From: Phoronis australis
Lineage: Eukaryota; Animalia; Phoronida
DNA length: 64,000 nucleotides
Assembly: GCA_002633005.1 (NCBI GenBank)
Contig: NMRA01000098.1
Location: 763,186-827,185, forward strand
Direction of reading: 5' to 3'
Part shown: one piece after another, positions 1-14,400 of the stretch
Numbering within the stretch: the first letter of the stretch is position 1
Layout of the letters: each line of letters starts with the position of its first letter
The notes under the pieces: generated by a model
The model's input: the letters and a program-made list of their open reading frames with translations, nothing else
Databases searched by the model: none
Told to the model about the DNA's origin: nothing
Made by a program: the position numbers and the translations under genes

Positions 1-858
1 GGGACCGCTTGCGCACGGTGGTGCCGCAGTGCGTTATCAGGGATATTGTCGTGGATATTTGGTACATGTAATAAGGACATCTTATGTGAAAAATAAACAT
101 TTTTGTCCACCACAAAGTTTGGTAAGTTGATCGCTTAAGAATTAGTAGAAACACCGTTGTTTCATCAAGTTTCATCACGTGTTAAGCTGTGGCCCGAAAC
201 TTTCTCTGGCGAATCCGGGAATTTACAGAAGTGGCCGAAAGTGTTAGCCAATGAAACGCGTCAAAGATCGATTCTGCATATCCCATGTTCACGCGACTTG
301 CTTACAAGTCATCGGGAGGGCTGTTCTCGGTTAGTGTTGTTTTGAACTTGGATTTGGCAACAACCAAATAACGGTTGGATTAACAAGAGCTGCTTTGTAT
401 TTGCCAGGTATCTGTTGAGAAGTGTAAAAACTCAGCTCGCATTCGTTGGAAATTCCAGGTCGCATTTTGCGACTTGATACGAGCTGACAAAAATCTCAGC
501 TCGCATTTCCAAATTTCAGGTCGCAAATGCGACCTGCAGCTCCTTATGTCGAGCCCTGGAAGCTCAAGTCATGCTCATCACTAGTTCAGCAAATATCAGG
601 CGGCAACTTCATTGTTTTTTGGTACTAGTGGTATTACACATATATGCTCAATAGGGGGTCAGTATGCGCAACTGAAGGAGGGTAGATTTTTTTAGCATTG
701 CTGTTTTAAAGTGGTGATGTCGAGGAGCATGTTCAATAAGTTCTGGTAGAAAGATCATAAATACAAGACTTCTATGAGAGAATGCAAAAACATCATTGCT
801 CTTTGTCTCAATTAAGTTTTAGTGTATGTGTTGACGAGGTGACCGATTCTTTTTACAG

Positions 859-1025
859 GACAACCACACGAGGGCTCAGTGTATGCTGCTCAAAAGGACC
901 TACAGATGGCATTCCACAGACTAGAACACGTAAAGGGTAAACTGGCTGAGATGGACCGAGCGAAACCGCCAGAGTATCAGAACAGGCAACCACTGATGAG
1001 GCAGATGAGCTGGACCACGCAGTGA
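859..1025 (+). CDS. Probable terminal coding exon of an unidentified gene that begins upstream of the window
   Basis: Acceptor ttctttttacag ends at 858. The phase-1 open frame reads (x)QPHEGSVYAAQKDLQMAFHRLEHVKGKLAEMDRAKPPEYQNRQPLMRQMSWTTQ* with TGA at 1023-1025. Composition is protein-like; the family is not recognised. Confidence 0.5.
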
Positions 1026-1104
1026 AGCTGACTGAAGCACTCAGAGATTTGAAGATTAAACTGGTGACACCTGCAAACTGAGCTATCGTAGGGATTGGTG
1101 TATG

Positions 1105-1430
1105 ATGTGAGATTGTTCCAAAGATTTGCGATATCCATGAACTGAGCAAGTACAAGGATTGCTGTACACTGTGAGATTGTTCTCAATATTTGCAGTATCC
1201 ACGAACTGAGCAAGTACAAGGATTGCTGTACACTGAGATTGTTCTCAATATTTGCAGTATCCACGAACTGAGCAAGTACAAGGATTGCTGTACACTGTGA
1301 GATTGTTCTCAATATTGGCAGTATCCACGAACTGAGCAAGTATAGGGATTGGTGTATGGAGTGAGAACTGCACTAAAGATTTATAATTTGGAGATTGGAC
1401 TGTGTTGGCAGCCACGATCTGAGCAAGTAC
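1105..1430. repeat. 62-64 bp minisatellite, about 4-5 copies
   Basis: tgagcaagtacaaggattgctgtacactg(t)gagattgttctcaatatttgcagtatccacgaac recurs at about 1143, 1207, 1269 and 1333. Confidence 0.9.
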
Positions 1431-1869
1431 AGATAGGTGTAGGCAGAAGGATTCCTGTTAAGGCTTGTAGTGTGGTGTTAGACGTTACACATTTACACCC
1501 TGAATGAGTAGGCATTGGAGTCCACAGGTAGACTTGTTGTTTGAGGAATATATAACTTCATGTTGAGAACAATCTTGAAATTTTACCAAGACAGGCCTTA
1601 ACACTGATTGTTTCAAGATTTAGACATTTTAGCTGTCAGCTGCAAATTGCAAATCGTAACTGGGGTGCTCAACATTCTTTTTTTGAGGGTTTTCGCATTG
1701 TGTTAGCCATTGCAAACCAACGAAAGATACAATTTAGAATAATGTTAGAAATTACCTCAATGAGGAATGCAGATGCAGGAGTTGGTCAGAGTGGATAGTT
1801 GTGAGACTTGCAATAAGTGACTGAGTATTCTGACTCCAAGATTCCTGCGTTAAGTTCAGTTTCATCCAC

Positions 1870-2490
1870 ATGGCTGATAAGTTGCCCTTTGTTGGTGCAC
1901 TGCTGAGATACATGTGGAAGACACAAAACATGTCGCTTCATCTTCACAAATATATGCTTCCATTTTTTGTTGGCACCTGGAAGTTTGAGCGAAAAATTGA
2001 ATCACTGAAAGACGGCAGCATCATTGGTGAAGTCACCAATGCTGATGCGTCTTTTTGCGAGTTTCCATCAAAATGTGGTGGAAGCAACCGTGATGAACAG
2101 ACACTGCTCTATAGAGAAAAGGGTCAACTAAAGTCGGACAATTTTTGTTCTGATTTCACTCGACAGTATTTTTACGAGTTTGAAAAGACTGGACATATCA
2201 AAGTGTTTCATTGCTCTCCTGTTAAGGCGAGGGATAGGAAGGTCGTGGATCCATCGTGTTTTGACTTCACAAGCGATTCATTTGAAAAAGGTGCCCCATT
2301 TCATGAATTGAAATTTGAAAACGATGTCAAGACTGGACTTTTCAAGTCAAAGTTGTGTTCACACATCTGTGGGCAAGACATTTATGAGGGACATTTTGAG
2401 GTGAGAAATGAGCCAGAACAATTTGAATCCTTTTGGAATGTGAATGGTCCTCAGAAATGTTATTGTATAAAAACCTGGTACAGAAGATAG
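1870..2490 (+). CDS. DUF6314-like protein, intronless, 206 aa
   Basis: Motif order matches my recollection of DUF6314: GTWKFERKI, LLYREKGQL, RQYFY, PFHELKF, HICGQDIYEGHF, WNVNGPQK..IKTWYRR*. Confidence 0.75.
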   Translation: MADKLPFVGALLRYMWKTQNMSLHLHKYMLPFFVGTWKFERKIESLKDGSIIGEVTNADASFCEFPSKCGGSNRDEQTLLYREKGQLKSDNFCSDFTRQYFYEFEKTGHIKVFHCSPVKARDRKVVDPSCFDFTSDSFEKGAPFHELKFENDVKTGLFKSKLCSHICGQDIYEGHFEVRNEPEQFESFWNVNGPQKCYCIKTWYRR

Positions 2491-3294
2491 CGAAATGCGG
2501 GATAGCCATGAACGGGTTTTCTCACCAGGTATTCCTGAAAATCTTTTACGAACTGTATTTTCTTTTTCACAAACTACTTCTCTTCGTGTAAAACTTTCTT
2601 TTCTCAACAACCACAGACCGATAATGTAGAAGGATGTAGTGTATTTGAAACAAGAACAAACTGTGTTCATGATAAAAGAATGTTACTGGTGAGAACAGGC
2701 GAGTGGAAATCTGAAATTGCAGTTGATAGGAAAAACACTGCAGCCATTAGAATAACCTATTTCGTGACAACAGACCATCCAAGACTTTTCTATAAATAGG
2801 GTTCACGTAAAACAAAGATGTATGTATAAGCAAATCATTTTGTATACAGTACAGTTGCTTGTGGACTTGCGTAAAAGAACACTGATATCATTGAAAACCA
2901 GGCAAGATGTAATGCAGTTTGACCACATAAAGTCTGTGATTTATTGTTAGTGTAATCCAAGGGCAAATTCCCTGGGTTTGTCAATGTTAACTTACGGACT
3001 TTAAACAAAAAGCTTTGGAACTATTTGTTTTCTCTTCGTTTGGAACGTGTAAACGCTTTTAAAACATTGGTTTTGGTTTGTAAGTATAATTTTGAGATTG
3101 TTTAAGTTCTAACCCTGCTCGTTTGCCATCTCTTTTTTAGCCAGGGCAATTACATTTATGCAATTTGCCGTTGTGACTAACATGGTAGGTATTTGAGATT
3201 TTAAGTAGGTCAGTTAATTTGACCTCATGTGATTGTATATGGATTGTGTGTTTAAGGTCACTGTCTGTAATGTTACTTGTGAGTGAAGGTTTGG

Positions 3295-3625
3295 GAGGTC
3301 ACAGGCTCTGCTAGCAGAACACTAGTCTACCTGGACAGGTAAAGTACTCTGTTTGCAGAAAACTACCTGGACAGATCACATGCTGTGCTTGCAGAACACT
3401 AGTCTGTCTGGGCAGATCACGTGCTCTGTTTGCAGAACACTAGACTACCTGGACAGGTCACATGTTCTGCTTGCAGAAAACTAGTTTGTCTCGACAGATC
3501 ACGTGCTCTGTTTGCAGAATGTTAGACTATCTGGACAGATCACATGCTCTGCTTTGCAGAACAATTGTCTGTCTAGACAGATCATGTGCTCTGTTTGCAG
3601 AACACTAGACTACCAGGACACATCC
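3295..3625. repeat. ~41 bp minisatellite, about 8 copies
   Basis: Units resembling gcagaacactagtctacctggacagatcacatgctctgttt start at about 3314, 3355, 3391, 3432, 3473, 3514, 3556 and 3597. Confidence 0.9.
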
Positions 3626-5495
3626 TAGGTTTCTATTGCTTTACATTTTGTTCGCCATTCTCACAATGGACAGGTTTTGAGTTGAAATGGCTGTATTGGG
3701 TTATTGTTAACACCTGCAGTTCATATAGGCAGTGTAAGCGATGGTTTTCATATTGAAAAGGCTTTGAGTTTTAAGTTGGATCAGTAGCATCTGGTGTGCA
3801 ATGTCCAAAAAATCTTGAAATTTCTGGACTGTGTAATCAATGATTGATTCTTTATATGAAATGTTTCAGATGCCATTTTACAAATTACAAGTCTCATAAT
3901 AATAAATAATGTTTAAAGTATACAGCAGACGTCATTCATTTATTACCCACAAATGAAACGGTCTATTTATTTTCATGGCAAGCACTTGGTAACTAGGAAT
4001 GCATGTCCATTCTCAACAAGATTATAACAAAGCAGCCAATGCAAGTTCTCCATTGAAATGTATGCCATCCAAAGCTACAGTGGTAAAAAGTGTCCTCAAC
4101 TTCCATCCATTGAGTTTACAATGTGAAATTTTCAATTAGAGATAATGAACCTCGTCAGCAGAAAACAATTTTTTTAATCAAGGGAGCATTATCGTGACTC
4201 CGCATCATTTACCTATGACCAAATAATCATATTCACAATTGTAACAGAACTTTAGGTATAACATTGTGCCATTATGTGAAGTTATGAAATTTGTATCCCG
4301 ATAGCGACAGGTATAACACGACTCACATTTTGTACCAGAATTTTCCGTATATAAGCCCATGGTGTGTATTCGGAAAATGAAAAATCTCGGGCGTCTTAGT
4401 AACACCAATTAAATGGCCATGCATGTATTCGGAAAGGGGGCGCTTGTAAATGGACAGTCAAAGTTTTGGCTAAGCAACTGCCAGCATGAAGTGAAACCGC
4501 ACTTCTGGGTGGATTGGTAGTCCTTAGCAATATCTGCCCAATGGGGCAAGAAAATTTATGTGCATGACACTTCAAGACCTCCTTGTGGCAAAGATGATTG
4601 CACCCAAGCTTGGTCAGCAGAAAATTTGTAAGAAGAGCTGGATGAAGACATTGACATGGATTGAGTACAAGTAGACCTAGTTTAAGAGGTTTCTTGACAG
4701 TCTGTTTTACTTAAACCTATGTTTTTGAATATTTTGTTAACAAATGCATAGTTCGCCAACACATACATGACAAATGTCCAATAAAACTGAATTTGTGACT
4801 AAAAGTTGATGCCGAGTGGTTTTTTAGGAATAAACGCCTAACTATCTTGACACCAGAAGTCCTAACAATGAATAAACGCCTATGGACGTTTTATTGGGTG
4901 GGCTTATCTACACAAGATCCTGGTACCAACAAAACAATGCATTCCCATTACACGAAACTCCAGGTAACGTAGCAAAGACATGGAAACAGGTAGTAATGGA
5001 AGCAGAGCAGGATAAATCATTTGACAACACAGAAGACCATGAATATACGACGTTTTGGAATGCGACATTTATGTGGACAGTCTATTTATAAATAATTTTG
5101 ACTTTCAAGGCAGATTTCTGGTACAAACACAGTCAATTAACTAACAATTAAACAAAAAGTAGTCAACAAGTTTCATTCCTTCTTATTCCACTTGATATCA
5201 AATCATGATTGCATAATTATTTACTTTCGCAAAAATTTCCCCAATTTGTGTTACCATTGCGCTATGCAATGCAAAGCACAGTAATGATAAATGAGAAATT
5301 TGACAACAAATTGCACTTATCCTCCAAACACTGTACTGTTGACAACAGTTTACTAAAGATAGGTGTATTCATTTTTGAAACGCCACGCCATCATAGTTGC
5401 TGCATGTGAATAAGATGCGACAACTGCACATTTCCTATTTAAGACTTGAAGTTCAAGTACACGCAAGGTTAAACAATGTATAAATGCACAGTCCA

Positions 5496-8400
5496 TCATG
5501 AGTTCTCAGAAGCAAATGACTCAGCACGCTTTCGAACTGTTTTAAAACTAGACACACTGGTATTGAAAGATTCAGCACGCACGAAGACGTCATTGCTCTT
5601 AGCAGGCATGAGCAATTCAGAATCAGGTTTTAATTGGTGTTGTGATCCAGCACTTCTACTAGCATTTTCATTCATTGCTTTTGTCTTGAACGTTTTTGAA
5701 TCTGAAACTATAATATCTCTTGATGGATCCCTATAGAATATATCAGCAGTCTGCTTATGTTCGTTGTCGGATAAATTATCATTGGGCCCCAGTCTTGGAT
5801 TATGTTGCCACGTCTTAAACTTAGCGCTGTATTTAGAGGCCACGTTTTCATCACTAGACGACCCTTCCCCACTATCACAAATGTCGGCACCTGCTCGAAA
5901 CCCAGGAAAAGTTTGTGTCACATTTTCAGGCTTTATGAACTGGGCTTCAAAAACCTCAGTGCTAGGTGGCTCATGTGACTTGTCTTGGCTATAGGCTGAG
6001 TCAACCTGATCGTTCAGTACACTTATGTCAAACTTTGACTTCAAACGTCTGTCCTCATTACTACCACTGCTATTTCCACTCAGAGCACGCGGTGACCTCT
6101 GCACATCAACGGCCTGTGGGGTCATTAATGACTTATGATCAGTTTGACCATTGCTAGTCGACTGGCTGTTCTTGATTGTTGTGATTGGTCCGTTTACACT
6201 GATCATGTCATTTGTCTGTTGGTTGGATACGGGAGATGGGCTACCACTAGTGTGCGATGCGTTACTTCCACTGGTGATCACAGACAGTAACTTCTTAGTC
6301 CTACCATCAGGCTGCTCCTCACTAGACAAAGAGAAATAATATTGATAAAAGTGGTAAACTTGCAGCTCTCATGTCAGCCAATAAGAACTACCAAACATTA
6401 AACAATGTCGTGGTAATCAATAAGAAAGGGAAGCATTAAATTAATGAAGCTTCTTATCAAAAGCAGAGTTTTTTGATGCCCAATATTACAAGATGTCATG
6501 TTTTTTTCAAATACAGAATGTGGATACATGTTGAGACCAGATATCAGTAAGATAATAGATGCTAGCATTGGTAAATCTACATTGGCCTAAGGACTCTCGA
6601 GTATTTATCTACAGGGCTTTATCTGAATTGTCTGGTCAATACCAACTATAGAAAAAGGGAGGTGTGAATTTACTAATAAGAGGAACTTAGGCTTTGCTGT
6701 GACAGTACTTTTCTGGCCACCAACAATTCTTACCATAACAATCGAAAGTTTTAAAAATAAGAAAATTTATTGTACGTACAACTTAACGCCTAATCTCATT
6801 TCAAGTAGAGCTTTTAGATTCGGCAGAGTTAGCCTCAAGTCATTAGTACCCATTCCGCAGTAATATCGGACCTGAAAATGAACAAAACATGGCTGAAAAG
6901 TTACAGACAACTACAAACTATGTAACTGTTAACAGATTAATAGAAAAAAACATCAAACAAATGTTCACCAATCCCGAGGGGTGATATCAGATCGTACTGA
7001 GGGTGAGCATTGAGCAATAGTCCCAGAGGCCTAAGACCGAGGCAATATCGCTCTCCCAAAGTCCATAAGGCCTGCTACGCCTGAGGGATCAGTCTGTATT
7101 GTTTTATTACACGATAAATGATGCTCTTTTCCTCTGATTTTTGTCTCTTATTAGCTTAGCTTATTTCAACCTATTGACATAGTTTGCTTCCTTTGGAGTC
7201 CACTTGTGGTTTTTACTGCATCTTATTGATCAGGTCACCAATAGCAACATCTGTTGTGCAGGCAGCATGAATGAAAAGTGGAAGTTGGTCATTCCTTTAT
7301 TATGCTTTTAGATCAAAAGTTGTTGCATCGCATTTCAACCAGTCAGAAGACAGAAACATTAGTGGTCATGTGACAATATCACATAGCTGTTACTCCTAGC
7401 ATAGCAGGCAGTTACAGGTCATAAGAAATCAAACAGTGGCCTGCACATTTGAACAAAATCCACAGCATTTGTCACCACATAGGCTGGGATTTGAAAATTA
7501 ACTCGGTCACAGCACTGATTCAGACTTAGAGTTGCAGATTTTTTGCTGTTTCATCGATATCTCAGATCATAACCATTGATGATAATGTTTTTCCCACCAG
7601 AAAATACAGATTTACAAATTGTGAAGAGAATATTAATATTAAATCATACAAGAGCAGCGTGGAGCGTTGAAATGCGCCCACTACTGCAAGACAAATGGTG
7701 TGCTTCTAGTGGTGTTTTTAGAATGATAGAAATGGCAATTAGATAGCCCAGAATATGTCCCACCAGTCCAAAATTGTGAAACCCTTGTCGTCTCTCAATA
7801 CAACACTGTTTGACAAATTTCATGAAAATCCTACAGCAACAAACAACAATGGACTAATAATAATTGACATGGCAACTAGGAGGCGCAAAATACATTGAAT
7901 CCATCCCAAATTGGAAAGATGCTGTCATCTTCATAATAGAAACTTGTTTCCAAATTTCATAATTTCATGAAAAAAAAATCAAAGCACTCAGAAGAGATTG
8001 AGGCAAAGGTAAAAAATAAGATTGCTACTGGGTGGCATAGCGGTAGTCAGAGCCATCCAAAGTCTTGGACAGCCACAGTCACATCTATAGGAAAACACCT
8101 GCAAAAGAAATCAGGTGCTGCAGCCATGGTCACAAAAACTACAAATTCACCACAAGGGGACACCACAGGTATCAGATCTGTCCAAAAATCAATGTCAGCC
8201 ATGGTCTTCTCACCAGGAACACAGCGGCTATGATTCATGAACCTTTGAGCAGGTTGGCAGATAAAGAAGCAAACACTAAAAAAACAAACTCAAAATCATA
8301 AAAATAACCACTAAATGGTGCACAATATAATGCATCAGTCCAAAAATGGAAAGGCTTAGTTGTCGCCACAACAAAAAACATTTTGCTAAATTTCAAAAAA

Positions 8401-11400
8401 ATCCATCAAAGAACTACAAACAGAGGCAAAACGTAAAAAATGCCACTAGGGGGCATACCTGTGACCGAATTGGATTTAAACTCGTCGTCATTCGTTATCA
8501 TCTCCATCGGAATATATCTGCCACATTTCAAAAAGATACTTCAATGAGTTAAGGAGATACAGCCGTCGATGCAAAAAAAAAAAAAAATTGCCACGAATGG
8601 TCACCACATCAGTCGAACCCATCCGAAAATCAGTGTCAGCTGCAGCCTTCTCATCAAGAAAACATCAGCCAATTTTCATAATGATCCTTTGAATGTTTGG
8701 GGGGACAGGAAGGCAGTTGTCAAAGATGTACTCAAAAATTTTTAAAATTCCCACCAGGTAGCGGAGAATAAATCAAATCCGTCTGAAAACACAACTGCAT
8801 TGTCATCTCTACTTAATAGAAACCTATTTGCTAAATTTCATGAAAATCTATAAATGAAATCGGAAAATACAGTGGCAAACATAAAAAAAAACTTAAACTG
8901 CCACTAGGGTGCACACCCACAGCCGGATTAAACTGAAACTCGTTATTTGTTATCATCTCCACAAGAACATTATCAGCAAAATTTCACAAGGACCCTCCAA
9001 AGAGTTTAGGAAATAATGCCGGTGACGCAAAAAAAAATGCCACTAGGGGTTGCCGCAGTAATTGAACCCATCCAAAAGTCAGTATCAGTTGTGGTCTTCT
9101 CATCAGGAAAACATCTGCCAATTTTCATAGTGATCCTTTAAACACTTGGGCGAATAGGAAGGCGGACGTCAGGAATGTATCAATTTTTTCTGAAATTCCC
9201 ACCAAGTAGCGGAGAATATGTCAAATCCAATTAAATTGAAAACGGGAATCAGAACACAATCATCTCTTTAATAGAAACCTAAATGTTAAATTTCATAAAA
9301 ATCCATCAATGTGAAGAACTCGGAAGATGAAGAAGCAAAAACTACAACTGCCACTAGGGGCATACCTGCAACCACATTGACTTAAAGCTCATCTCTATAG
9401 GAACACACCTGCCAAATTTCACAAAGATTGTCCAAAGAGTTAAGGAGAAACAGCCGTGGGCGCAACAAAAATAAAAATTGCCATTAGGGATCACCACAAC
9501 GGTCGAACCCATCCGAAAATCAGCCAGCCACGGTTTTTTCACCAGGAACACATCTGACAATTTTCATAATGATCTTTTGAGCAGTTTGGTTGATAGGAAG
9601 GCAGACGTCAAAAACATACTACTTAAAGTTTTTAAAATCGCCACCAGGTAGAACAAAATACGTCAAATCCTTCCGAAAACGGAAAGGCATCGCCAGCTCT
9701 TAAATAGAAACATATCTGCTAAATTTCTTGCAAATCCATCAAGGAACTCCAAAAATACAGAGGTAAACACAAAAACTAAAATTACCACTAGGGGGCAGAG
9801 CGGTAGTCAAATAGGTCCGAAACCCATGGTTGTCTGTCATCTGCTTGATCATAGAAACACATCTGTCAAATCTCATTACAATCTGGCAAGGAGTTCAGGA
9901 GAAGACCGGACGCCCAGACAGAGATAACAGCAATATGCACCCACATATAAATATGTGAGTGCATAAAAATTATCACGAGCTTTCTGAAGAGAAACGTCGA
10001 AACACTTGAAGCGAAATAGAAGGCAACTTCGTTACATTGATTAAGAAACGCAAAGTGCAATGTAACCAGACGTCATGAATATTTGACATACCTGGGCTAT
10101 ATTTTTGTTGAGCAGATAGACGGCATAGTTGAAATGAAACTTGTCTTTTCCTTTACCATACAGTGGGAAGCTTGAAAAAAACAAATAAGGTTTGAAAACC
10201 ATAGTATAGTCAAGTAACTACACCAAGGTCAAGACTTATCAATCAACACAATGTTTGACAAAAACTACAGTGCAGTAGAATAGACTAAAACTGAGGTGAC
10301 CTTTTCATTGTTTTCATCACGCAGAATGCAGAATGAGCTTAACCAAAAAACACTACTTCGTGAAACAGTGTTTATTTGTGTCATTTTAACAACTACAGTT
10401 TTCACCAGCCATTTAGTCGTGTAGCATCAGAAATTCAAAAAAAAAATAATAACTCTGTATCACATTCTGGTTACTTTAAATGGTGTCATAAGAGATCATG
10501 AGTTGACCACTAATAGTCATAATAAATTATGTAGTCATAATAAAGTATGTAGTCATAATAAAGTATGTAGTCATAATAAAGTATGTAGTCATAATAAATT
10601 ATGTAGTCAATGCTTTTCTCATGTAAACAGTTATTACTGATTACTTTTAGTAGAGTCAGTGGTAAACTTTTAAACATAACAACAAAAATAATAACAATAC
10701 TACTATATAATTACTACTATGAATACTAAACAACACAATAATAATACTAGAATTAATAATAGTTAATAATAATAATAATAATACCGATGTGAGCAGGTGT
10801 TGCCTGAAGCCGTTTGGAGAGAATTCTCGTTGAAAAAAGATGAGTCAGAAATAAGCTTAATTGTTCACTAAATTTTGGCAATTTAATTCAAAACTTCAAT
10901 GTGGTTTAGTCTCATGCTTTAAAAATGCTGTAAGAACTGTATTTGCATGTGTTATCATTAATAGTAGGCTTTAAATTAGCTGAGCTGTGATGTAAGTAAA
11001 ACATACTCTCTGTCTTTGTCTGACAATTTGTCTGTAATGTGGTCGTGCACTTTAGACTTGGCACTTTTGTGTTGGATGATGTATCGTAACGGCACGTCCA
11101 GGAACTGAGCTATCATGGACACCATGTGGGCTGTGTAACCGAGGGCAACAGCTACCATTGTCTCGTCCTGACCTTGATGTGCAAAATAGATGGTTACACA
11201 GACAATTAGTATTTTAGAAGTATATTTCATTATTAAGCAAATTTGTCGAGTTTAAGATACCGTATTCGCCCTAATAAGTGCCAATGACCCAGTAGGAGCC
11301 CCCCACGCATTTTCAGACTTTGCTAAAATAAGCGCCCAGCCCATGAACATGTATATATGCGAAAAATGCCTTACCTACAGTTCTAAAATTCTACAGCAAC

Positions 11401-14400
11401 TAAAACTCTTCAATTTATCAATAATATCCAACAGTCCTGTCGCTATGTCGGTATTTAGCCGTGACTATACACTTCAAACTTCCTATTAAAGTGCTTCAAA
11501 AAGAATGCAAAAGTTTTGCTGATCTTGCAAGGAACTATGGTCAGGCCTTTCAGAACAGACGTAGCGTACTTGTCAACGAGATTGTATTGTATCTTTCCCG
11601 TACAGATCTTCTCCCTCAACAGGAATCCAGACTTCTTTGTACACGTGGAAACCGTGAATTGAAGATTAATAAAAAACTTGACCAGTGTTAAAGCACGTGG
11701 CTATGAAGCGCGCACTGCATAAACGTAGGCCAGCTACTCAGGCAAATGAACTCTGATGACAAGCACGCGCTTCCTCAATCGGCAAACACACGCAGATGAA
11801 CTTCAAAACAAACGTCATTTGACAACAACACGATTGTGTGTTTGTCCAGATTTTTCTCGTGTTGCGGGGTGCGATCTAGCGCAGATTAGGACTTAATCTA
11901 CGGTTAATCCCGACTCCAAAGGAACTTAAAAATCTTAGGGACGCTTTTTGGAAAACTTAAAGATTTCAGGTAATTTGTTGAGTGGAAACTGTAATTTCAT
12001 TCAAGAATTCAAGTTCCCCTATTGACGATTGCGAGGCAGATATACACCAGTCGACGAGTATTCGCCCTAGGATTTACCCACAATTTTCTGAAAAAGGCAA
12101 TGCACCAAAATTTTGTGAAAAGTCTGTCATAGGTTACAGATACATCGCAGAGCATAAATTTAATGAATCCTAGCTTCCGATTTCACCCGTTTCGGAGAAC
12201 GACTTTCAATCGCTTTAGGCTACAATAAGCACCCCCCTCCTGCAACCAATTTTCTAAGTGCCCTGGGTGCTTATTAGGGCAAATACGGTCCTTTGTCTGA
12301 CTTTTGGGTGTGTCACTAACACTATGCAGTGTAAACAATTGGATAAAAAATTAAGCAGAGCATAATACAGTTCATCATTCTAGTAATAACTGAAGTACCG
12401 ATCGCTATGGGTGCGTAGGACCCTTCCAACAGACATGGGCATACAAATACTTACAGGTAATTAAACACACAGATGCAACCTGAGATTGAAGAAATGACAC
12501 AACAATATGTAAACTTAGCAACACGGTTTCAGTTCACATCATTGTGAACTGCTGGTGTTTCGTTTTATAAGTAAAATGTAGGATCCCAGTGCATAGAAGC
12601 AGATGATATTGTAAACAAAGAACTAGCACCATACGTTAGTACGTGAAATGTTGTACTTACAAGCATCAGGACACATCAAGTACGCATAGCGGAAAATGCA
12701 CGCAGCCTGGGAATATTTGGTGATTGCAAACCTGGGAATGTTTGATGCATGTAAACCAGGGAATGTTTCATGAGCTTAAATTCTCAGAAGAGGAAGTTAG
12801 AAAAACAGAAACGTGCAGTCAACATGCAAACCATTACCTTGAAAGTCTTCAGAGTTAGGAAGTTTTACACCACATATTGTGAAATAAGGAGATCCATTCT
12901 GATTCGCAACTTGAGGCTGCAATCGGAAATTTTATGTTTTAGTTGTACAATCACCAATACGGTACAACTTTAGGAGCAACTTTAAATACACTTATATCTT
13001 TAGCAAACATTTAAGTGGTGTCTGCACGCCATCTGTTGGACACATCATGTGACCAAGTGAATATAAGTCCAAAAAGATTTCTGCCCCGACTGGGACTTGA
13101 ACCCAGGACCTTCTGCTTACCGTGCAGACGCTGAGATTGACACATTGTCTTAATCCAACATTTGCCTAATTAGTAACACATCACAGCAACAATATACAAT
13201 TAAACTGAAAACATTGCTCAGAAACAAACAACCCAATAAGCAAAGTGAAATGAAATTTTTAAATCACTGAAAAGTACCCACGGGAATTTCTAAGACAGGA
13301 TAAATAGAGGCTAGTTCAGCTATCAGCTGCTTCTTTCTCATGATCAGTTGGGCGTTGGTTTTCACAAACTTTTCCCTGCAAACAATCAAACAACATAATT
13401 TAACATTCAAATAACTTGAAAGCTGGCCATAAAATGTCAGCATTTGCAAGTTGCAGTTGAAATTTTGATGTATGACAAGAATTACATTTAAAAGCTAAAT
13501 GTGCCCGTCTATTTACCAACCCTAACTGAAACATGACGAGCTTCAAACTTTGACAGATACTGACCAAGATGTTCAACTAATTTTTCATAAAAACTATGCC
13601 GAGAGCAAGAACTCCATTGACTTGAATGGATTGACAACCGTCACTGTTCAAAAATAAGGAAACTGTGTACAAGTTTCAGTTACAACCAAAGCATATTCTC
13701 ACAAAATCCTTAATGCAACATTTGAAAGAGCCAGTAATGACTACCAGAGACTCCAATGTCTTGTACCAACCTGGCATCAAAGTAACTCTTCCTCTTTTCT
13801 TTTAAACGATTGTAATCTTTTCCTAATGTCGTGTTTTGATTATGCAAGGTTGAGTCTGAAAGGAAACAACCTGAGAAAATTACTTGATAGGATGACTATT
13901 TCTTCACTTTGGAATAAAAAAGCAACCACGTACCTCATTTTTTACTGACATTAGTGAATAAAATTATAAAATTTCATTAAACAAAGACATACAATCCTTC
14001 GAATATTTACAATCACCTCATGAGATCATAACATATATCTACAAAATGTGATCTGTTAAATTAACGTATTGGTTTGAACGAGCCTTAGATTCTGCCTTAA
14101 TTTCAATAAAATTACAATACACTTTAAAGTTCTTGCTTAAACATGTCTCACATACTTAAAATACAGATTCAGTGGTAAAATAAATATGGATAACATTTTT
14201 CTTTTTGACAATAGAACACTTACCCTTTTTACGATTTTTAGCCTGGATTTGTTCATGTGAGATCTTCACAGCATTGAGCTGAGCAGACCGACACTCCAGC
14301 TCTGTGCGAAGCTTGGACACTTTCAGAATGAGCAGTTCTTTCTCAGAAAGCTGAAACAATTAATTTAAAAACACTGAGTCTACTAAACTTTGGACTGACA

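Noticed and set aside
1-558. Right end of a hAT-like element (..gtcgagccctg)
   Set aside because: The partner end is outside the window, so neither TIR nor TSD can be verified.
977-1339. Repetitive 120-aa minus-strand ORF
   Set aside because: It is a by-product of the 62-64 bp minisatellite, whose unit lengths are not multiples of three.
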